DNA from: Candidatus Bipolaricaulota bacterium
Lineage (GTDB): Bacteria; Bipolaricaulota; Bipolaricaulia; UBA7950; UBA9294
Assembly: GCA_040752575.1 (NCBI GenBank)
Contig: JBFMGK010000069.1
Span: forward strand, 1-45,349
Direction of reading: 5' to 3'
Length of the DNA: 45,349 bases
Translations under genes and position numbers: made by a program
The notes under the pieces: model-generated
Told to the model about the DNA's origin: nothing
The model's database searches: none
Seen by the model: only the letters and a program-made list of their open reading frames with translations
Shown here: one piece after another, positions 17,924 to 27,700 of the stretch
Layout of the letters: each line of letters opens with the position of its first letter
Numbering within the stretch: the stretch's first letter is position 1

Positions 17924-18774
17924 AGCTCACCGTCTTCACGACAGCGGCGGACTTCCTGGACCGCGTCGGAGTCGCACTCTTTGCAGGCGAGGCCGAGAAC
18001 TCACTTGCCCTCGGCGTCGCACTCCAAGTGCGCAATGGATACCAGTACGGTCCGGACGCGCCGTTCTTCGCGTGTGTCGAGGATGGCGAACGCATCGCTC
18101 TGATCGCGCTGTGCACGCCGCCCTACAACCTGCTCCTGTGCGCTGAGAAGGCGGATCCCGAAGCGATCGCGCAGGTGGCCCATCGTCTCGCCGAACAGGG
18201 CGTGACGTTGCCCGGTGCGCACGGCCGGATCGACGTCGTCGACGCATTCGTCCGAGCCTGGAAGGCGGAGACCGGCGTCCTGTCGTCGGTCGCGATGGAG
18301 CAGCGGCTTTACAAGCTGACCGAAGTGACGCGGCCGACGAGCGTTGCCGGGCAGGCGCGGTGGGCGGTGGCCGACGACGCAGCGTTTCTCACTCCATGGG
18401 CGCAGGCGTTTGTCGACGAGGCGATGCCGGACGGCCCGCACTCGGACCTCCCGACGATGATCGGGCGCGCGATCGCCGACCGCCGCCTGCTCGTGTGGGA
18501 ATACGGGGACGTCGTCTCGATGTGCGCCCAGACGCGCCCGACGCCACACGGAGCCTCGGTGGGGCTCGTCTACACGCCTCCCGACCTGCGCGGCCGCGGC
18601 TTCGCCACGGCATGCGTCGCCGAGCTCTCGCAGCGCGTCCTTGACTCGGGTAAGTCGTTCTGCACGCTGTTCACGAACCTGGCGAATCCGACGTCGAACG
18701 CCATCTACCAGCGGATCGGCTATCAGCCGCTTGGCGACTTTCGCGAGGTGCGTTTCTCGCGAGTCGTCGCCTAG
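17920..18774 (+). CDS. GNAT-family acetyltransferase
   Basis: VYTPPDLRGRGFA (acetyl-CoA motif A) and LFTNLANPTSNAIYQRIGY. Confidence 0.9.
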   Translation: MKLTVFTTAADFLDRVGVALFAGEAENSLALGVALQVRNGYQYGPDAPFFACVEDGERIALIALCTPPYNLLLCAEKADPEAIAQVAHRLAEQGVTLPGAHGRIDVVDAFVRAWKAETGVLSSVAMEQRLYKLTEVTRPTSVAGQARWAVADDAAFLTPWAQAFVDEAMPDGPHSDLPTMIGRAIADRRLLVWEYGDVVSMCAQTRPTPHGASVGLVYTPPDLRGRGFATACVAELSQRVLDSGKSFCTLFTNLANPTSNAIYQRIGYQPLGDFREVRFSRVVA

Positions 18775-20111
18775 GGACGCGCACGCAGGAGGGCCCACGC
18801 CGCGGCAGCCAACGCGATGAGGCCGAGCACAAGAGCGAGCGGCATGCTGTGCGCAGCGGGCTCGCCGTCGTTCGGCGCCTCGATCTCGGGGCGGGAGTCG
18901 GGCTCGGGCTCGAGGGGCTCCGCGAGTGTGAACGCATCGAGCACCTCGCCCGCGGTCAGCCTGAACGTCGTCTCGGTGGCTTCGGCGATCGACACGACTT
19001 CAACGGCAATCCCCCGCCTGGACGTGGCCACGCGGGCGTAGAAGTTGCGCCCCTCGACGGCAATGACCGACCCCTCGACGCGCTCGGCGGCGAGTTCGCG
19101 CGGGACGGCTCCGCCGCCGCCGACGACCAGATAGACGATCCCGTCCCGCTCGATGCGCTCGTAGTTGTGCGCATGCCCGTTGAACACGATGTCGACGCCG
19201 GTCTCGACGAAGATCGGGTGGTAGATCACATCGTAGCTCCAACCGCTGCCGTGATACGCGTCGGACGACCACACCGGGTGGTGAAACATGACGAACTTGT
19301 GGCGCGCGGCCTCCGACAACTCGCGCCGCGCGAACTCTTGTTGCTCAAGGATCCGGTCGGCGCGCGTGACGTTGGTGTCGAGGCCGACTACGACGAGATC
19401 GCCCCAGCGGAAGACCCACCACTGCTCGTCGCGCAGGCCTTCGCCGGGCGGCAGCGCGAAAGCGTCGTAGTACGTGCGGCTGTTCTTCTCGTGGTTGCCG
19501 AGCACGGGCAGGAACGGAGCCGCCAGGAGCATCGACTCAAACGAGCCGAACCAGTGGTCCCAGTACAGCGAGTGCGGGGTCTCGACCAGATCCCCAACGT
19601 GGAGCAGAAAGTCGAAGCCGCCAAGCCGCGCGGCGTCGAACGCGATCGCCGAACCGATTGACGCAAGGCGGTTTGGCCCCTCCCACTGCCACTGCGTATC
19701 GGCCAGCACCGCGAAGTTCACCGGGGCACCCGAAGGGGGAGCCGTACGGAAGCAGCCTATCGGGCTCGCAAAGGTCTCCGATCCGCTCTGGACCACGACT
19801 CGATAGACGTACGATGAGCCTGGCGCAAGCCCCTCAACGAGCGCGTGGATTTGGCCTTTCGCATCGGCCTCCGGAGCGGAAACCGAGAGACGCAACGTCG
19901 CAGCGGTCGGCTGGACGGCGAACGAGGCGACCCGCGCGACTTCGAGCGTCGCCGGCAACGACGGGGAGATGACCCACGACACGACGACGGAGTCGGCCCC
20001 CGGCGCCCCGGTGTAGGGCCCGCGCGCGAACGGCGGCGTAAGCGCGAACATGGGGACAGACAGCGCGGCCAAGGCGGCAAGCCATGCCATCCGAGCAGCG
20101 AATCGTTTCAT
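18771..20111 (-). CDS. Secreted metallophosphoesterase (purple acid phosphatase-like, FN3-type N-domain) with C-terminal TM anchor
   Basis: ATG 20111 after GGAGG; ADTQ, HVGDL, GNHE, FHHP and GHAHNYER motifs; Pro/Glu linker and hydrophobic tail. Confidence 0.9.
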   Translation of the reverse strand: MKRFAARMAWLAALAALSVPMFALTPPFARGPYTGAPGADSVVVSWVISPSLPATLEVARVASFAVQPTAATLRLSVSAPEADAKGQIHALVEGLAPGSSYVYRVVVQSGSETFASPIGCFRTAPPSGAPVNFAVLADTQWQWEGPNRLASIGSAIAFDAARLGGFDFLLHVGDLVETPHSLYWDHWFGSFESMLLAAPFLPVLGNHEKNSRTYYDAFALPPGEGLRDEQWWVFRWGDLVVVGLDTNVTRADRILEQQEFARRELSEAARHKFVMFHHPVWSSDAYHGSGWSYDVIYHPIFVETGVDIVFNGHAHNYERIERDGIVYLVVGGGGAVPRELAAERVEGSVIAVEGRNFYARVATSRRGIAVEVVSIAEATETTFRLTAGEVLDAFTLAEPLEPEPDSRPEIEAPNDGEPAAHSMPLALVLGLIALAAAAWALLRARP

Positions 20112-20225
20112 CGGCGACCTCCGCAACGAAGGGTACACCTCGACGCAAGACGCCAACAACCGGCCGGCACGACTTGTCGGAGAGGCTGGAGGATGACATC
20201 CTGACGTCGAGGAGGCTCGATCGAG

Positions 20226-21173
20226 ATGACCCGAGGGAGGAGACGCCGGCGTCCGTTTCCCCACGCGACAACGCGCGCGTTCTTCCGCGAGCGGCGGTCT
20301 GCGCCAGGTTACACGCTGCTCGACTTCTTGCACGGATACGTCTACGGACGCTGGCCCTACGCGTACATCGGCACAGCCATCGGCGAACGGCGGATCCCCG
20401 CTCTCTTGCAGCCGCTTGTCCGACTCGGTGCGAGACTCACCAGGCGCAAGGCGCGCGATGCCGCGCCGGGCCGCAACGCGTTCGCCGACCGCTACCACGG
20501 CAAAGTGGTTCCCCCAGATCTCGCCGAGCGCCTGGTCACGCTCGACCATGACATCGAGCTGCGCGGGATCGAGCACGTCGTGCCCTACCCCGTCGCGCGC
20601 GACCTTGTCTTGAAAGCCCCCGACCACATCGTCGCCCTCGAATGCCCCTGTCGCAGCGAACACGAGAACCCGTGTCTTCCGCTCGATGTTTGCCTTGTCA
20701 TCGGCGAGCCGTTTGCCGGGTTCATCGCCGAACAGCATCCCGGTCGCTCGCGCTGGATTACGCAGGCGGAAGCGGTGGAGATTCTGCGCGCCGAACACGA
20801 GCGCGGCCACGTCCACCACGCGTTCTTCAAGGATGCCATGCTCGGCCGCTTCTACGCGATCTGCAACTGCTGCACGTGTTGCTGTGGCGCTATGCAGGCC
20901 TTCGCCCACGGCATCCCGATGTTGGCGTCATCGGGCTACGTCGCGTCGGTCGAGCCGACGCGCTGCGTCGGTTGCGGAACGTGCGTCGACGCTTGCCCGT
21001 TCGGCGCCTTGGCGTGCGACGGACGGTCGCTGGTTGTCGACGTCGAGCGGTGCATGGGTTGCGGTGTCTGCGTCTCGAAGTGCCCGCAGGCCGCGCTCGC
21101 TCTGGTCCGCGACCCGGAGAGGCCCCTTCCCCTCGATCTCGACGCCCTCCTCGCGTCGCCACGCTGCGGTTGA
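20226..21173 (+). CDS. 4Fe-4S dicluster domain protein
   Basis: CPCR...C, ICNCCTCCC, CVGCGTCVDACP and CMGCGVCVSKCP. Confidence 0.88.
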   Translation: MTRGRRRRRPFPHATTRAFFRERRSAPGYTLLDFLHGYVYGRWPYAYIGTAIGERRIPALLQPLVRLGARLTRRKARDAAPGRNAFADRYHGKVVPPDLAERLVTLDHDIELRGIEHVVPYPVARDLVLKAPDHIVALECPCRSEHENPCLPLDVCLVIGEPFAGFIAEQHPGRSRWITQAEAVEILRAEHERGHVHHAFFKDAMLGRFYAICNCCTCCCGAMQAFAHGIPMLASSGYVASVEPTRCVGCGTCVDACPFGALACDGRSLVVDVERCMGCGVCVSKCPQAALALVRDPERPLPLDLDALLASPRCG

Positions 21174-21205
21174 TGGTCGCACGGCGCGCCGCGTAGACTG
21201 GACTC

Positions 21206-22642
21206 ATGGGTTCTCCCTGTCGCGACGAGACAAGAACGAAGGTCGTGGCTACGATCGGCCCGGCGTCGCGTGACGCCGGCGTGCTGCGCGCGATGATCCG
21301 CGAAGGGATGGACGTCGCGCGGGTCAACGCGTCGCACGGAACGTCGGCGGAGCGCGCGGCGGACATCGCCGCGGTGCGGCGCGCCGCAGCCGCCGAGACG
21401 GCGACGGTCGCTCTGTTGGTCGATCTCCAGGGGCCGAAGGTTCGCCTTGGCGCCCTCGCGCAGCCTGTGGACTTTGCCATCGGCGAACGCCTTTCGCTCA
21501 CCGCCGACCCGGCCGCCGACGGGACCGGCGGCCTGTTCCCTCTGCCGTATCCCGAGCTCTTGTACGGTCTCCGTGCCGGGAGCCACCTACTGTTCGACGA
21601 TGGCGCCGTCGAGGCCGTCGTGCGGCGCGTTCTCGCTGGGGTGGCCGAAGCCGAGATTGTCGTCGGCGGACGGCTTTCGTCGCACAAGGGCGTCGCGGCG
21701 CCCGGAGCCACGGCACGTGTCGCGGCCCTCACGGAGAAAGACCGGACCGACGCCATCCAGGCCGTGGAGGATGGAGTCGATTACCTCGCCCTGTCGTTTG
21801 TCCAGTCGGCCGACGACGTCCGCGCGTTGCGGCGCGTTCTCGAGTCGCTCAACGCCGACGTCGAGATCGTCGCGAAGATCGAGAAGCGGGAAGCGATCGA
21901 CGCCCTCGACGAGATCCTCGACGTCGCCGACGCTGTGATGGTGGCGCGCGGTGACCTTGGAGTGGACGTCCCCCCGCAGGAGGTGCCGTTCTATCAGAAG
22001 GAGATCATCCACCGCGCCAACCGACGCGCCATACCCGTCATCACCGCAACGCAGATGCTGCAGTCCATGGTCTCCAACCCGCGCCCGACCCGCGCCGAGG
22101 CGAGCGATGTGGCCAACGCCGTCCTCGACGGCACGGACGCCCTTTTGCTGTCGGCAGAGACGGCTGCCGGCGCCTATCCCCGCGAGTCGGTGGCGATGAT
22201 GCGCGAAATCTCGGCGATCGCCGAGCGCGCAATGCCCTCGCGGAGCGGCGACGAGCGGTTCCGAGAAGACCGCCATCCCGATCCGATTGCCGACGCCATC
22301 GGCGCGGCGACGGTTCGCGTCGCCGAGGAGGTCGGCGCACGCCTGATCGTCACCTCGACCTGGTCGGGCTACACGGCGCGCCAGATCGCCCGCGAGCGTC
22401 CTCACCTCCCGATCGTCGCCCTGACGCCGAGCGAACGCGTAGCGAAGCGTCTGGCACTCGTCTGGGGCGTTTCTCCCCTCCTCGTCCCGGAGTACGCGAC
22501 CGCCGACGACATGCTCGAGGTGGCCTCCCGAGCCGTCATCGACGGCGGATTCGCTGCGCCCGGCGACCTGTGCGTCGTGTCGGCCGGTTTCCCGTTCGGT
22601 GGCGAGGGCAAGACGAACTTCCTCAAGGTCCATCGCCTCTAG
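21206..22642 (+). CDS. pyk: Pyruvate kinase
   Basis: RTKVVATIGPAS, DLQGPKVR, AKIEK, MVARGDLG and ATQMLQSM...PTRAEASDVANA. Confidence 0.97.
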   Translation: MGSPCRDETRTKVVATIGPASRDAGVLRAMIREGMDVARVNASHGTSAERAADIAAVRRAAAAETATVALLVDLQGPKVRLGALAQPVDFAIGERLSLTADPAADGTGGLFPLPYPELLYGLRAGSHLLFDDGAVEAVVRRVLAGVAEAEIVVGGRLSSHKGVAAPGATARVAALTEKDRTDAIQAVEDGVDYLALSFVQSADDVRALRRVLESLNADVEIVAKIEKREAIDALDEILDVADAVMVARGDLGVDVPPQEVPFYQKEIIHRANRRAIPVITATQMLQSMVSNPRPTRAEASDVANAVLDGTDALLLSAETAAGAYPRESVAMMREISAIAERAMPSRSGDERFREDRHPDPIADAIGAATVRVAEEVGARLIVTSTWSGYTARQIARERPHLPIVALTPSERVAKRLALVWGVSPLLVPEYATADDMLEVASRAVIDGGFAAPGDLCVVSAGFPFGGEGKTNFLKVHRL

Positions 22643-22740
22643 CGCCGGCGCGCGACGTGCCCACGGCGTCGCTCCCCCTTGTTGCAGGCCCCCGGCCGTT
22701 CTACTCTCAAGCGGATCCTAACGTCCGGAGAGGAGCAACC

Positions 22741-24714
22741 ATGAGAGTCCTGCTCGTGCTGGCCCTGGGCCTCGCGACCTGGAGCGCCGTCATCGGCGCA
22801 GATGACCACGGCGACTCGCCGCTCGCCGCGACGCTCGTCGATGTCGGCGCAGCGCCGATCGACGCGTGCATCGATCCCGTCGGCGACCTGGATTACTTCT
22901 TCTGGAACGCCGTGGCGGGGCGGACCTATCGACTGCTCACGAGCCATCTCAGCCAAGACATGGACACGCTTCTCTACCTGTTCTCGTCCGATGGGCGGAC
23001 CATCCTGCGCGTCGACGACAACTCGGCGACGGGCGGCGCGTCGCAGATCGAATGGACGGCCGACGAGAGCGGCGTGGTCTTCGCAATGGTTCGCCATGCA
23101 CGAGCCACAACAGGCACAGGCTGCTATCGCTTCTCGATCGCCATGCTTCAGGTCGACGATCACGGGAACGACGCGCTGACGGCGACGCCGCTTTCGGTAG
23201 GCACGGCGCGCGCCGGGTTCCTCGAGACTCCCTCCGACGTCGACGTCTTCCTGTTCGCCGCCGAGCGCGGATACGCTTACCGCGTGGGGATCGAGCGCAC
23301 GAGTGAACGCGGTACGATCGCCGTTCGCTGGCTCGACGCGGATGGGACGACGCGCCTCGCCGAGGGCGAGGTCGGCGAGGCCCCGCTGGAGCTCGCGTGG
23401 ACGGCGCCTTCCAGCGGATCGCGATTCCTCGAGCTCGGTGCCGCGGGGGACAACGAAACCGCTGCGGGCTATGAGGTCCTCATCTCCGCATCCGGCTACG
23501 GCGACGACCACGGGAGCACGGCGGCCGCCGCGTCCGACCTCAACGCCCGCGGTCCGCTGATCGAGGGACGCATCGAGGTCAACGAGGACGAAGACTGGTT
23601 CCGCTTCACGGCGAAGCAGAACGGTGAGTATCGCCTCATCCTAACGCCGCTCGACGGCGCCGCACTACGCTTGTCGCTCGTTGGTGCCGACGGGACGACG
23701 CTTGTCGACCGTCAGGGAGCGGCAGGCGGCTCTCTCGAAGTCGACTGGGAGGCCCCCAATGAGGGCACGTACTACGCGGCCGTTCGCGGGACGGCTGGCA
23801 CGTACACGCTTCGCCTCGACACGACGCTCCAGTTGGCCATCCTTGGGCATCTCAATCCGCAAGGCTATTCGCTCGACGTGAAGACCGACGGCGAGACGGC
23901 CTATCTGGTGGTTGGAACCAAGGGCCTCCTCGTGGTCGATGCCAGCGATCCGACACAACCCCTTGAGGTCGGGTCGAACTCGACACGCGGCTACGCCCAG
24001 TCCGTCACATTGGCCGGGACGACGGCCCTGGTAGCAAACCGCGGCGACGGCGTGACGTTGCTGGACATCTCCGACCCGATGCGACCGACGGAAGTCGGGC
24101 GCGTCGACACGCCCGGCTCGGCGCAGGCGATTGCCGTGAGCGAGGGGTACGCCTTCGTCGCCGACCAGCGCGGGGGCTTGCAGGTGCTCGACGTGCAGCG
24201 GCCCGCGGCGCCCGCCATCGTCGGCGCTCTGGAGACCGGAGGCTTCGCTCAGGCCATCGCGCTAAGCAACCGACGGGCCTACGTGGCTCTCGGCGACTCC
24301 GGCCTCGAGATCGTCGACATCTCGGACCCAAAGAACCCTCTCCGCACCAGCCAGATCAGCCTTCTCGGCGGAGCCACCGACGTCGTGGTGGTCGACGGGA
24401 TAGCGTACGTCGCCGCGGGATACCGCGGGGTCCGTGTTCTGGATGTGAGCGACCCGAACTCACCGCGCGAGGTCTCGTTCTTCAGCACGACGGGCGAAGC
24501 CGTGGGGTTGGCCCTGGACCCGGACCACGAAACCTTGTGCGTCGCCGAGAGAGCCGAGGGGCTTTCGGTGTACTCGTTGGCAGACCCCTCGTCGCCAAAG
24601 CGCGTTGCGCAGATCGACACGCCGGGAGAAGCGTTGCGCGTGGCCGTAGACGGCGACCGCGCGTACGTGGCTTGCCGTGAGGCGGGGCTGTACGTGATCG
24701 CCCTCGTTCCGTAA
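22741..24714 (+). CDS. Secreted protein with three PPC-like modules and an LVIVD-repeat beta-propeller
   Basis: Signal peptide from ATG 22741; three DDHG...D(Y/V/W)F modules; repeats GLLVVDASDP, GVTLLDISDP, GLEIVDISDP and GVRVLDVSDP. Confidence 0.85.
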   Translation: MRVLLVLALGLATWSAVIGADDHGDSPLAATLVDVGAAPIDACIDPVGDLDYFFWNAVAGRTYRLLTSHLSQDMDTLLYLFSSDGRTILRVDDNSATGGASQIEWTADESGVVFAMVRHARATTGTGCYRFSIAMLQVDDHGNDALTATPLSVGTARAGFLETPSDVDVFLFAAERGYAYRVGIERTSERGTIAVRWLDADGTTRLAEGEVGEAPLELAWTAPSSGSRFLELGAAGDNETAAGYEVLISASGYGDDHGSTAAAASDLNARGPLIEGRIEVNEDEDWFRFTAKQNGEYRLILTPLDGAALRLSLVGADGTTLVDRQGAAGGSLEVDWEAPNEGTYYAAVRGTAGTYTLRLDTTLQLAILGHLNPQGYSLDVKTDGETAYLVVGTKGLLVVDASDPTQPLEVGSNSTRGYAQSVTLAGTTALVANRGDGVTLLDISDPMRPTEVGRVDTPGSAQAIAVSEGYAFVADQRGGLQVLDVQRPAAPAIVGALETGGFAQAIALSNRRAYVALGDSGLEIVDISDPKNPLRTSQISLLGGATDVVVVDGIAYVAAGYRGVRVLDVSDPNSPREVSFFSTTGEAVGLALDPDHETLCVAERAEGLSVYSLADPSSPKRVAQIDTPGEALRVAVDGDRAYVACREAGLYVIALVP

Positions 24715-24738
24715 GTTCGACCGGGAGAGCGGAAAGAG

Positions 24739-24784
24739 AAAGGGGAGGAGCAGCCCGGCAGCGGCCGAGCGGCTCCTCCCTTTT
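24739..24784. terminator. Probable bidirectional intrinsic terminator
   Basis: AAAGGGGAGGAGC...GCTCCTCCCTTTT between convergent genes. Confidence 0.7.
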
Positions 24785-24796
24785 GTGCGCGAGTCT

Positions 24797-27700
24797 CTAG
24801 CGAGGACCGATCAGGTCAAGCAGTGCATCGCCCGACAGGTCCGTGCCGTTCCCCGAGATAGTGTTCTCGTAGCCGGCAACGAGCGACGTGGCGTCGGCGA
24901 AGACGCCGTAGCCGAGGTTGCCGGTGATGCTGTTCGTCCGCACCGAGCCGATGGATGCCTCAAGGTGCAGGCCGTCGCTCTGGTTGCCGCTGATCGTGGA
25001 CCCCACGAGCGAGAGCACGGACGCCGCGGACAATCCGATCCCGTGCCCGGCATTGCCGCCCACCGACGACCCGCGGATCGAGGCGGACGACGCGGTAAGC
25101 AACAGCCCAGCGGCCGCGTTCTGCCCGATCGTCGAGTCGACCATCAGGAGAGCCGAGCGCTCCGTCGCCACGACGCCGAACGAGAGGTTCGCGTCGATGA
25201 CCGTCGAGTCGAGCAGCGCTGCCACCGACCGCGTCAGCGAGAGGCCACCTTTGGTGTTCTCGGTGATCCGAGCTTCGGACGTCATAAGCGCAGTCTGCCG
25301 GACGGCTTCGATGCCCCACCCGTCGTTGTCGCGGATCGTGCTCCGCGTGATCGAGGCGGGCGAATTGTCGAGGTAGAGGGCCGTCGCAGGGTGTTCGCTA
25401 ATCGTCGCGTCGAGCACGGTGACCGTGGCGTTGAGCGTGTGCACGGCGATCGCGCGGTTGGCCCGCAGCGTCGAGCCTTGGGACACAACGCCCGAGCTGT
25501 TCGTGAAGTCGAGCGCGTAGCTCCCGTTCTGGGAAATCGTGCTCGCCGCGACCGTAGCTTGCGAATCGACGGCAACGACTCCGACGCCGTCGTTCTCGGA
25601 GACGATCGTCCCCGAGAGCTCGAGCGACGAGCGGTCGAGCGTGATCGCGTGCGTCGGGTGGTTGGACAGCGTGGAGTCGGAGAACGCGACCGTCGAAAGT
25701 TCGGCCTCGAGCGCCGGGCCGCCGTTGTCATCGATGAGCGAGCTGCGGATCTCGGCACGCGAGTCCTCGAACGTCAGCGCCGCGCCCCGTTGCCGGGTGA
25801 TCGTGGAGCCGGTGATCGTCACCGTCCCCTCGCTCGCGAGCACGGCACTCCCGCCGTTGTCGTGGACCTCACAGTCTTCGACGTCGACCGAGCTCTGCTC
25901 GACCGTCACGGCGTCCTGCGTGTGCCCGCTGACCGTGCAGCCGACGAGCGTGACCCGCGACCGCCCCGATGCCGCGACGCCCGAGGTTCCGTTGTTCTGA
26001 ACGAGCGACGTCGCGATCGTTGCCGAGCTCGCGCTCGCCAACAGCGCATTCTGCCCGTTCTTTGACAGCGTGCACCCCTGCGCGGTGAGTTTCGCGTCCT
26101 GCAAAGAGAGGCCGTGGCCTCGGTTGTCGGTCACCGTGGAGTCCACGAGCTTTGCCGACCCGCCGGCGAGCTTCACGCCGTCGGCGCGATGGTTCACGAT
26201 GCGGCTTGCGTTCGTCACGTTGACGATCGCGCGCAAACCGTCGACGCCGACATCACCGTTCCCATCCACGTCGCTGGCGATCAGGTCGACCGCCGCGTCG
26301 ACGAGCTGCACTCCGCCCCGGGCGTTCCGCGCGACCGTGCACGACGCCAGAGCGGCCGTCGCGCCGTCGACTCCGGAAAGCCCGTAGCCCCCGTTGTCGA
26401 CAATCTCGGTGTCGCGAATCTCCGCGCCCGCGCCGGACAACGACACACCATCGCCCGGGTGGTCGGCGACCGTCGACTCATCGATCACCACTTTGCCGTC
26501 TTCGGCCAGCACACCCACGGTTCCGTTGTCACGGAGATCCGACCCGACGGCCTCGATCGAGCTGGCAACGAGCGAGACCCCCTCTTCGCCGTTATCACGC
26601 ACGGTGCTTCCGGTCAACTTCAGTTCCGAGTTCTCGGCCGCGTAGACGCCGCGGCCGCGGTTGGACTCCACGCGCGAGATCTCCAAGTCGGCCTTCGAGT
26701 CGGCCAGGACGATGCCGTCGCTCGAATGGTCGTTCACCGTCGAACTCGCGAGGAGCACGGTCGACGTCACCGCGACAATGCCGCTCTCGGCGTTTCGCTC
26801 GATCGTACTTCCCTTGATCTCTGCGAAGCTGTTTGCGAGGTCGAGACCGGAGAGGCCGTTCGAAGACACCGAGCTTCCATCGACGATTCGCAGCACCGAG
26901 CTGTCGCCGCGCAGGCCGCCGCCGTCGTTGTCGGCAATCGACGTCGCGCGGACGTCGGCCGACGAGTCGGCGAGGTCGACGCCGGCTCCGGCGTGGCCGG
27001 TGACCGACGTCGCAATGAGCGCGGCGCGCGAGCGCTCGGCGCCGGTGATCCCCGTGAGCGCATTGTCGGCGATGGCGCCGCCGTCAAACGAAACCTGTGT
27101 GAACGACAGGTTCATCCCGTGGGCGCCGTTCGACGAGATCTGCGAGGTCGCGAATTCTGCGCCGGAGCCGACGGCGTGGAGGCCGCTCTGCCCGTTCGAC
27201 GCAATCGTAATGCCTTCCGCGTTGATCGAGGACTTCGTGAGTTCGATCCCATGCAGGGCATTGCCGCGAATCTCGCCGCCTTCGATCGCCGCGACGGCGT
27301 TCGTCGCAACAAGACCCGAGCGCGCGCTCCCACGGATGATCGTCGACTCCATCCCGCACGCCGCATTGGCGAGCACGAGGCCCTCGGCGCCCTGTCCGTC
27401 CAACGTGCACGAGACGATCGACGCGGTGGAGTCCACGGCCGAGAGGCCGGTCTGCGTATTGCGGGCGATCTGTGTCGTCGTGAGGTCGGCGGTCGAGTTC
27501 ACGAGGTCGATGCCGCGCATCCGGTTCCCGCTGACCTGCGAATCGACCATCACGACGGCCGACACCTCGGCCGAGATGCCGTGCGCCGCGTTGTCGGCAA
27601 TCGTCGAGCGCAGGAAGTCGCCCGAACTCGTGTACAGCCGCACCCCGTGGTTGGGGTGCAACGAGATCGTCGAATCGGTGACGGTCGCGCTGGAGTTCTT

